Sequence record: SRR20825019_1458
Direction: 5' to 3' (one strand)
Length of the DNA stretch: 27,654 bases
The position numbers and the translations under genes were made by a program. Within the stretch, counting starts at the first letter, position 1. The number at the start of each line of letters is the position of its first letter. A model generated the notes under the pieces. That model worked only from the letters and a program-made list of their open reading frames with translations. It made no database searches and was not told the DNA's origin. This document shows, one piece after another, positions 1 through 6,723 of the stretch.

Positions 1-434
1 TAGCGGCAAACACTGATCGGCCCATCCCAATAGTCCTTCAAGGGTGTCTGCATGATGCCCTTGGGGCCAGCTTCAATCACGACTTTTTCATGATCCGCGT
101 CCTGCCCAACAATGGCGGCATGGAAATAGCGGTTATTGTCAAACGCTGTGATAGCAAAATGGATAAGCGGCATAAGGGCCGCAAAATGCGCTTCACGGGT
201 TTCCTTGTCATAGTCCGCCCAGTGTTTCCAGTCCTCAACCGCCTGATGCGCCAGCTTGAGAAGCTTCAGCATCTCGGCAACTTTGTTGTCTTCCGGCACA
301 TAGTGCAGCAGCAGGATATCTCCCGGTTGCACATCTGCTTTGCTGATAGACAGCTCGACATCATCTTCCTGTTCAGAGGAAAGCGTAGGTTCGTTACGTT
401 TTTTCAGCGCTGCGATAATGGATGACGGTGACAT
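1..434 (-). CDS. Permuted papain-like amidase (YiiX/YaeF/YebB-type NlpC/P60); partial, 3' end runs off the left edge
   Basis: Not in ORF track; translated by hand from ATG at 434 (GAGGGG SD 6 nt upstream): MSPSSIIAALKKRNEP...DVQPGDILLLHY...NNRYFHAAIVGQ...VVIEAGPKGIMQTPLKDYWDGPISVCR. The GDILL, H-A-A-I, VIEA-xx-G-[VI]-xxx-PL and V-x-R motifs fit the permuted family. The catalytic Cys would lie off-window. Confidence 0.72.
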   Translation of the reverse strand, partial: MSPSSIIAALKKRNEPTLSSEQEDDVELSISKADVQPGDILLLHYVPEDNKVAEMLKLLKLAHQAVEDWKHWADYDKETREAHFAALMPLIHFAITAFDNNRYFHAAIVGQDADHEKVVIEAGPKGIMQTPLKDYWDGPISVCR

Positions 435-488
435 GGAAAGCCCCTCAGTTGCCGGATATCTAGACTTATTTGTTTAAAGGGGCTTGGG

Positions 489-532
489 AAGAAAATCCTG
501 CCAGCGGGTACGACTTTCCCGCCATGGCAGGA
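489..532 (-). terminator. Probable intrinsic terminator after the AraC-type regulator gene
   Basis: Hairpin TCCTGCCA(496-503)-GCGGG ... CCCGC-ca-TGGCAGGA(525-532), followed on the minus strand by TTTTCTT. Confidence 0.5.
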
Positions 533-558
533 ATGTCGCCTCATATGGCAGGTTTGTC
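524..558. promoter_or_regulatory. Tandem 14-bp direct repeat with 21-bp period; candidate AraC-family operator
   Basis: ATGGCAGGAATGTC (524-537) and ATGGCAGGTTTGTC (545-558), 12/14 identical; weaker copies near 501 and 567. Confidence 0.55.
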
Positions 559-591
559 CGGGCTCACGCGCGGGTTTGCAGTAGGTCTGCC

Positions 592-2676
592 CTATTGCGG
601 GCTGTTGCTCAAAAGCTCTGACGGGGATTTCCCGTACCGGTTTGTGAACAGTTTAGTAAAATAGCTCACATCCCTGAACCCGCATTTATACGCGGCCTCT
701 GACACATTGGCGGCACGTGCGCTCAGAATTTTGTGGCCATACTCCAGCCTGAGCGTGCGAATAAGCGCTGCGGGTGTTTGTGCCGTCAGGTTCACCACCC
801 GGCGGTGCAACTGCCGTGTACTGACGGCCAGCGCCTCGGCCAGCTCTGTCACCTGGAAGTTGAAATCACCAAGGTTTTCCTCGATCGCAGCCCTCAGTTT
901 CTGCTCAAACACCTGATCTTTCGACAAGATGTCCGGGTCGATCTTTTTAGCGGCTTCAATTGTGCGGTATTGAATTTCAGCCTCTAGCAATTCTGTCTGC
1001 TCATCCACCCGTTGCCGTGCCCGGTCAAGCGAGTGCAGCATGGCATTAAAACCGTGGGCGATATCGCTCACCTCATCTTCAATGCCCACATCCAGCCTAT
1101 GGTCCAGATTACCTTCATCCACCTGCTTTACCCCGGCGCGGATACGGTCAAGCGGTTTAACAATGACACGACTGAGATAAGGCCTAAGGAAAACCAGCAA
1201 CAGCACGATGATGATGATGAGCATAATCGCAAGCGGATAGAGCTTGTCATGCGTGGCAAGGCGACGCCCGAGTGTCAGGTCAAACCATAATGAGCCACCT
1301 GTGCTGGCGACCGGCATATCCGCAAGGGTGAGCGAATCCGGCGGCCAGACAGCGCCATCAAATATCCCGATTGCATTGGCACGCCTGAGCGACGCGGTGA
1401 CCGGGAAAGCGTCATACGCGAGGCTGATGGTGCCATCAGGGCGGAGTGCAGCACCAAAGGCCACTGAGGCCTGGCTGCCTGTGTCCTCCTCCGGCACCAT
1501 CCAAACGATGTGCTGAACGTCAGGCGTAGAGGCGACATAGATGTTCAACTCCTCCCCCGACAGGCAGAAAACCGCAATCACCGGCTCGCTGTCCCGGCAG
1601 AAGAACACTTCCCAGAGCCCGATATGCCCCGCATCATTGGTGTTTGTTGGTGAAATTTGCCCATCAGGGAAAATATCGAGGCGGCTGTACGACTGCCCAA
1701 AGAACGGAAACTCAAACGGCAGCGGTATATTGACCGCCCTTTTTTCTTCATGGGTGAGCCGTACAAGCTCCTCCGGTTGTGAAAACCCGGCCGTGCTTGT
1801 GGCGCGGTAGCCGCCCCCCAGCGGGGTGATCTCGACACCGCCCTGACGCAGCATGGCCATATCCTGCCCGCGCATGGGCGGGCGGTCAGCAAAAAATGCC
1901 AGCGTTACAAACACCGATGTCATCAACACAGCAACCGAAAGCACCCCGGTAATGCGGGCAGCAAGGTTTGCACGCTTTTCAATATAAGCCAGGAAGGTAA
2001 TCACCATACCTGCAACGATCAGCAGGTTATTGGTGAAGAAAAAGCCGTACACAAATTCCATTGGCATGCCTGGAATACGACCAAAAACCGGCGCAGCGGA
2101 GCTAAGCAGGCGCAAAAACGTGGTGATCAGGAAGCCGATCATCGCCTTGTTGGCGTCAGATATGGGCGGCGCGGCAGCGGCATAGGTCGCAGGGCTCAGG
2201 AAACGTACGTCATTCTTGAACAGCTCGCGGGAAAAAATCACCAGCGGCCAGCAAAACAGCATGATCGGCAGCACAAGAAGCTGGCCATAGATGGCTGCGG
2301 TAAAGTCCAGATTGGTATAGAGAGCGTGTAAAAACGCCACGAGCCATATGACCGTGACGCTATAGACCACGGCCCGGTATATTTTCAGCTGTTTACTGCC
2401 CCCAAGTCCCGCAACCGCATAACAAAGCTCCCCGTACAGGAGCGCTGCGGTCAGGATGGTGGGATATTCCAAGTAGTATGAGATGCGTACGCTGGGGGTA
2501 TAGATGCTTTCATCCGCAAGGGAACAAATGCAAAAAGCAAGCGTGGCAATAAGGTGCCACAAAAGCCATTTCCGCCGCTTGTCACGGTGTGTGCTGCGCG
2601 CAACTTCGATGATGGCAACCACTAGCAGAAGAGCAACCGACAAAATCAGCAGCGTGAAGTGGGAAAATACGATCAT
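592..2676 (-). CDS. Membrane-bound one-component regulator: multi-TM sensor, extracytoplasmic domain, HAMP, S-helix, AraC HTH
   Basis: About 8 N-terminal hydrophobic helices; LPFEFPFFGQSYSRLDIFPDGQIS nidogen-like motif; TM; HAMP (VKPLDRIRAGVKQVDEGNL...EDEVSDIAHGFNAM); LEAEIQYRT signalling helix; AraC tail (NVSEAAYKCGFRDVSYFTKLFTNRYGKSPSE). Confidence 0.88.
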   Translation of the reverse strand: MIVFSHFTLLILSVALLLVVAIIEVARSTHRDKRRKWLLWHLIATLAFCICSLADESIYTPSVRISYYLEYPTILTAALLYGELCYAVAGLGGSKQLKIYRAVVYSVTVIWLVAFLHALYTNLDFTAAIYGQLLVLPIMLFCWPLVIFSRELFKNDVRFLSPATYAAAAPPISDANKAMIGFLITTFLRLLSSAAPVFGRIPGMPMEFVYGFFFTNNLLIVAGMVITFLAYIEKRANLAARITGVLSVAVLMTSVFVTLAFFADRPPMRGQDMAMLRQGGVEITPLGGGYRATSTAGFSQPEELVRLTHEEKRAVNIPLPFEFPFFGQSYSRLDIFPDGQISPTNTNDAGHIGLWEVFFCRDSEPVIAVFCLSGEELNIYVASTPDVQHIVWMVPEEDTGSQASVAFGAALRPDGTISLAYDAFPVTASLRRANAIGIFDGAVWPPDSLTLADMPVASTGGSLWFDLTLGRRLATHDKLYPLAIMLIIIIVLLLVFLRPYLSRVIVKPLDRIRAGVKQVDEGNLDHRLDVGIEDEVSDIAHGFNAMLHSLDRARQRVDEQTELLEAEIQYRTIEAAKKIDPDILSKDQVFEQKLRAAIEENLGDFNFQVTELAEALAVSTRQLHRRVVNLTAQTPAALIRTLRLEYGHKILSARAANVSEAAYKCGFRDVSYFTKLFTNRYGKSPSELLSNSPQ

Positions 2677-2915
2677 GGTTTGCTATCCACCCTAGGTGCT
2701 AGCGCGGCCAGGCCTATGGTGTGCGGTAGCTGACCCGGTGTGACCGAGTGTAGCATTTTTCCCCATCGGCATAACAGCAGCACATCACCCTCCCCAAAAC
2801 ATCAGCTGTGCTCCGAAATATCGCCCAAGACACAACCCAACTGCCTGTGGCGCAGCAGCACGCTAGCCTATGCCACAGCTGAAGGTCAACCGCTCACGGT
2901 TTAGTTCCCTAGTTA

Positions 2916-2928
2916 TATCAATTAATTA
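2916..2928 (+). promoter_or_regulatory. IHF-like site
   Basis: TATCAATTAATTA matches WATCAANNNNTTR exactly, in an AT-rich patch of a divergent promoter region. Confidence 0.45.
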
Positions 2929-2975
2929 CAAAGGGTTACGTTGTGGATATAATCGCAAAAAGCGTAAAAAATCCA

Positions 2976-3035
2976 CGCCACACCTGCGCCACACGATTCC
3001 GCAGATTCCGCCACAGATTTCAGGTGAATGCCACA
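2976..3035 (+). repeat. Helically phased YGCCACA direct repeats upstream of the beta-helix gene
   Basis: Copies start at 2976, 2987, 3009 and 3029 (spacing 11, 22, 20); two more form an inverted pair at 2846-2852 and 2871-2877. Confidence 0.6.
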
Positions 3036-3126
3036 CATCAGAGCGGCCCGACTATATCATTGAGTTCATGTGGGCGTGCAGCTAAAGTAAAGCCCAAAGT
3101 TGAACATCAGGCAGAGGATATCGTCC

Positions 3127-4341
3127 ATGAAGACCTTGTTTCAGTTGCTTATTGGCTTGTTTTTGCTTGGATCAAGCCCGGCAATCGCTGACGAGATATT
3201 AATTGCTGATGATGACTTCAACAAATACATCAAAGACGCTCAGCCCGGTGATGTCTTTGCGGTCTACCCCGGCATCTACAGGCTACCTTCAACCGTTCAG
3301 CTCGAAGCCTCAGGAACCGCCGAAAACCCAATAACTATAAGGCCTTCCACGGCTGGTAAGGTCGTGATCGAAGTTTCAAAGTCTATTGGATTCAAGGTTA
3401 AAGGTGAACATTGGATCGTTGAAGGCCTTGAGTTTGTGGGGGTCTGCGACAATGACGGGCACTGCGAGCACGCCTTCCAGATTGTTGGAACGGCGGACCA
3501 CACCACTATACGCAATAACCGGCTGATTGACTTCAACTCCGCCATTAAAGGCAATGGGCAAATTATTGATAATCAACAATATTTTCCCGATCATGTTTTG
3601 ATCGAAGGGAACCAGATTTTCAACCGCCGGCCCCGCCAAACCGGTAACCCGGTAACAACCATTGATGTGGTTGGCGGGCGGTATTGGTCCGTTATCGGGA
3701 ACTTCATTGCAGATTTCCACAAGGGTGGTGGCAATAACATCAGCTACGCAGCTTTCCTTAAAGGGAACTCTGACAACGGTCTTTTCGAACGGAATCTGGT
3801 AATTTGTGAGTGGCGCCATCAGGGTGGTGTCCGTCTCGGTCTATCACTCGGAGGGGGTGGTACAACCGATCCACGCTTTTGTCAGGGGCGCTCGTGCAAA
3901 ATTCAGCACTATAAAGGCACACTGAAATCTAACGTCATCATGAATTGCCCTGCTGATGTAGGGGTTTACCTCAATAACGCGGCCAGCACGCGGATGATAA
4001 ACAACACCATCATCAATACCGTAGGGGTCGACGTTCGCTATTCCGGTAGCTTTGCACTCATGGCAAATAACGTAATTGAAGGACGCATTAAAGGCCGAGA
4101 TAATGGCCGCTTCCGTGAGGTGAACAATATTGTGGAAGATGACCTGAGTGAGCTTTTCCCAGGTAAGGATCGCTTTGACCTTAGTGCCTATGAGCCCGAG
4201 GAGCTTATGCGTGCTGCACACGGTTATGAGGGTGTTGATTTTTGTACAGGACAGCCTCAGGAAGCTTGGGTCGGCGCTTTCGTCGAACCAGCTCGTTGCT
4301 CAATCCAGCAGAAGCTTGAAGAGGTCACGTCGAAAGATTAG
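3127..4341 (+). CDS. Secreted right-handed parallel beta-helix protein (pectate lyase/chondroitinase B-like fold)
   Basis: ATG 3127 with GAGGA SD preferred over TTG 3100. Signal peptide MKTLFQLLIGLFLLGSSPAIA-DE; AQPGDVFAVYPGIY, SGTAENPITIR and HWIVEGLEF motifs; repeated IxNN/IEGN PbH1 turns. Confidence 0.85.
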   Translation: MKTLFQLLIGLFLLGSSPAIADEILIADDDFNKYIKDAQPGDVFAVYPGIYRLPSTVQLEASGTAENPITIRPSTAGKVVIEVSKSIGFKVKGEHWIVEGLEFVGVCDNDGHCEHAFQIVGTADHTTIRNNRLIDFNSAIKGNGQIIDNQQYFPDHVLIEGNQIFNRRPRQTGNPVTTIDVVGGRYWSVIGNFIADFHKGGGNNISYAAFLKGNSDNGLFERNLVICEWRHQGGVRLGLSLGGGGTTDPRFCQGRSCKIQHYKGTLKSNVIMNCPADVGVYLNNAASTRMINNTIINTVGVDVRYSGSFALMANNVIEGRIKGRDNGRFREVNNIVEDDLSELFPGKDRFDLSAYEPEELMRAAHGYEGVDFCTGQPQEAWVGAFVEPARCSIQQKLEEVTSKD

Positions 4342-4521
4342 CTACTTCTTATTTTACCCCATACTACCTCACATTTATGTGAATTGGATGCTAAGAGGCC
4401 TTTCATTCTTGCCGCTGGCAACCGAATACTACACCTTTGGAAGGCTACCAAGTATTTAGTTTCTCGCCATTTTTTCATGATACCGCACTCTTTTGCCTTA
4501 GAATCGTTTCAGAATTCCCAC

Positions 4522-4560
4522 TACTAAACCTTTGGTTTAGTAAATAAACTTATTACTAAA
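4522..4560. promoter_or_regulatory. Overlapping palindromes built from three TACTAAA half-sites; candidate operator
   Basis: TACTAAACC-TTT-GGTTTAGTA (4522-4542, perfect 9-3-9) and TTTAGTAA...TTACTAAA (4536-4560). Confidence 0.55.
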
Positions 4561-4637
4561 ATTTTAAGCATTTATTGATTGTTTACGACTATCCTGTATT
4601 CCGTAGATAGAGAACAATATCGCGTTCAACGAAAGCT

Positions 4638-4928
4638 ATGGACGGTTACATAATAATGACGACAGCCGACAAATTCTTTGGGATTTTTTTCATATTTCTG
4701 GCAATGCCTGCAGTTCTGATCATCGTGCCTGCGATTGAAATCGCTGCCGTAATCGGCTTGGTGCTTGTCGCGACAGGTGTGCACATGCTGTTACGCCGTC
4801 GTCGGCGTTGTGGATCATGCGGCCACTTCTTCAATGTAGGCATCCCGCAACATATTCTGTTGATGAGGCGCCAACTCAAATGTCCTCACTGCAATTCTCA
4901 CGTAAGAAAAAAGCGGTCCTCCGAATAG
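4638..4928 (+). CDS. Small membrane-anchored zinc-ribbon protein (hypothetical)
   Basis: Two hydrophobic helices, RRRRR, then CGSC...H...KCPHC; alternative start ATG 4656. Confidence 0.7.
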   Translation: MDGYIIMTTADKFFGIFFIFLAMPAVLIIVPAIEIAAVIGLVLVATGVHMLLRRRRRCGSCGHFFNVGIPQHILLMRRQLKCPHCNSHVRKKRSSE

Positions 4929-4934
4929 GACCGC
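4904..4934 (-). terminator. Intrinsic terminator for the minus-strand nucleotidyltransferase gene, possibly bidirectional
   Basis: GCGGTCCT-ccgaat-AGGACCGC 8-bp stem (4913-4934), with a TTTTTTCTT tail on the minus strand. Confidence 0.75.
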
Positions 4935-4964
4935 CTTCTCTCTAGAACCATTCAGATGATGGGT

Positions 4965-5861
4965 TTAGACAGTTGCAACTGCCTCACGCAGCTCCAATAT
5001 CTTGGTCACCTGCTCATAATCGTTTGCGCTGTCTACGTCGATGGCAGCCTCAGCAAACGGCAGCTTCACAGCGCATGCTTTAACCCCCAACACCTTTGAA
5101 GCCCGCTCGAACGCTTGTTCAACGGTAAACCGACGAAACAGTAGGCCAACCAGATTGCGATACCCAAAGGCTTTGAATAGCTTCCACGGTTTTTTGCGCT
5201 TCTGTTCAATCGCACGCCAGAAATCAAGCACCGGCACCGCATCCTCGTTCAGGAAGGCGAACAAGTTAGCGCCGGATAGCTGGGTTTCGCGGAAGGGCAG
5301 ATAGGTACGTTTGGAACTGGGATGCTCCGCATCCAAATAGCTTTTTTCGACAAAGCCAACTGCCAAACCCGACGCGCCACGCGCATCCTCGCAAAATTTG
5401 TCCACCATCACAGGGGTCAACAGCGCATGGTCAGCCGTTGTTATCAAGTATGGCCACTGACCGCCAGCGGCCTCAATGGCACCACCCACGCTGCAGCAAA
5501 TTGTTTCGCGGCACGGGACAACTTCAATCTCGATATCATTGATAGGCTCACGCAAGCCCGGGCACGCTTCATAAAGCAGCTCCGGCTCGTCAAAAACAAT
5601 CACAACCCGCTTAACGGCACTCGAACCGGCCAACGACTTCACAACACGTAAAATCATGGGTTCACCGCATATCGGCACAAGCGCCTTGAACTGGCCACCA
5701 ATAAGCGCAGCAACTGGATCGTCAGCACGACGAGTTCCAGCTAGCACAACGGCAGTGAAGTCACGGTCGCCCTTGTATGTCGATTTCCAATACGGATGAA
5801 ACTCGTGTGACCATTCGGGATGATTGTTAGCCTCAAACTCAAAGATGGCCATTTCGTTCAT
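4965..5861 (-). CDS. Nucleotidyltransferase, MobA-like (NTP_transf_3) family
   Basis: AVVLAGTR...KALVPICGEPMILRV, LITTADHALL and AAIDVDSAND motifs; purine-rich SD upstream. Confidence 0.85.
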   Translation of the reverse strand: MNEMAIFEFEANNHPEWSHEFHPYWKSTYKGDRDFTAVVLAGTRRADDPVAALIGGQFKALVPICGEPMILRVVKSLAGSSAVKRVVIVFDEPELLYEACPGLREPINDIEIEVVPCRETICCSVGGAIEAAGGQWPYLITTADHALLTPVMVDKFCEDARGASGLAVGFVEKSYLDAEHPSSKRTYLPFRETQLSGANLFAFLNEDAVPVLDFWRAIEQKRKKPWKLFKAFGYRNLVGLLFRRFTVEQAFERASKVLGVKACAVKLPFAEAAIDVDSANDYEQVTKILELREAVATV

Positions 5862-6032
5862 GCCCCGTTTTCCCCCTCTTTACCCAAAATACTGCGCCCC
5901 CAAAATGACGCTTTTACTACGGTTTGCCACTCCCCCAAGCGCAAACCGCTCACTCATATGTCATGTCATGCATAGCTGAGTGGTCTTGCAAACGCAATGA
6001 TCTCATGGAAGGCACACAGTAGCACTGAGACC

Positions 6033-6668
6033 TTATGAAGGTCTTAACGTCAGTGCGGTTTTGCAGAAAAAGAGCCAGGACACAGCAATAATCCAGCTGG
6101 CAATGATATCCGTTGGCCAATGCACTCCAAGATATACCCGGCTGAGGCCAGTGAGCAGGATCACAGCTGAAGTTATTGTAAACAATGCACCTTTTGCCTT
6201 GTCAGAGAGATAACTTGCCAGAACAACATACAGGATCAGGTATATTCCAGCTGACCTGAGCGCATGGCCGCTTGGGAAGCTCTTGCTGGAAGCATGGGCA
6301 AGTTGCTCAACAATATCGGGCCGTTCCCGGTCAAAAAGAAACTTGAAGATTGGCGATATCAGGAACACCCCGGTTATCGCCGCAGCGACATATATCGCCA
6401 GATTTTTGGCCTGTTTCGACAATAACCAGGCAAGTAGCGCTACGGATACGATGATTAACGTAATCGTGTCCCCAAGATGCGTAAGTGCGGTCACCAGCCC
6501 CGGGGTGCCTTCAGATCCGATCGGTGTTCCCGTCTCCGTTCGGAACAGCATCAAGCCCCAACGATCAAACCCCACCAAAGCACCGGCGAAGGTCGCATAG
6601 GCCCATAGAGCAAACAAAACAGCCCCGGCGACAAGCGCTTTGAAATTCAAATACTTCGTTATAGCCAC
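6033..6668 (-). CDS. PAP2-family membrane phosphatase
   Basis: KxxxxRERP, SFPSGH and SRVYLGVHWPTD motifs; GTG start. Confidence 0.93.
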   Translation of the reverse strand: MAITKYLNFKALVAGAVLFALWAYATFAGALVGFDRWGLMLFRTETGTPIGSEGTPGLVTALTHLGDTITLIIVSVALLAWLLSKQAKNLAIYVAAAITGVFLISPIFKFLFDRERPDIVEQLAHASSKSFPSGHALRSAGIYLILYVVLASYLSDKAKGALFTITSAVILLTGLSRVYLGVHWPTDIIASWIIAVSWLFFCKTALTLRPS

Positions 6669-6723
6669 AAAAACCCCCTTTGTTATGTTTTGCTACCGCT
6701 CAAGCAATAGTGCTCAGCGGAAT

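Noticed and set aside
90-425. 111-aa plus-strand ORF
   Set aside because: Antisense shadow of the minus-strand papain-like gene, which has family motifs and an SD.
2942-2950. DnaA-box-like TGTGGATAT (and TTATCCACG at about 10379)
   Set aside because: Isolated 8/9 matches with no box cluster or origin-linked genes.
2976-3035. GCCACA repeats as a CRISPR array
   Set aside because: Units are far too short, with no spacers and no cas genes.
6696-6720. Hairpin between the GDPD and PAP2 genes
   Set aside because: About 10-bp stem but no U-tract; not called a terminator.
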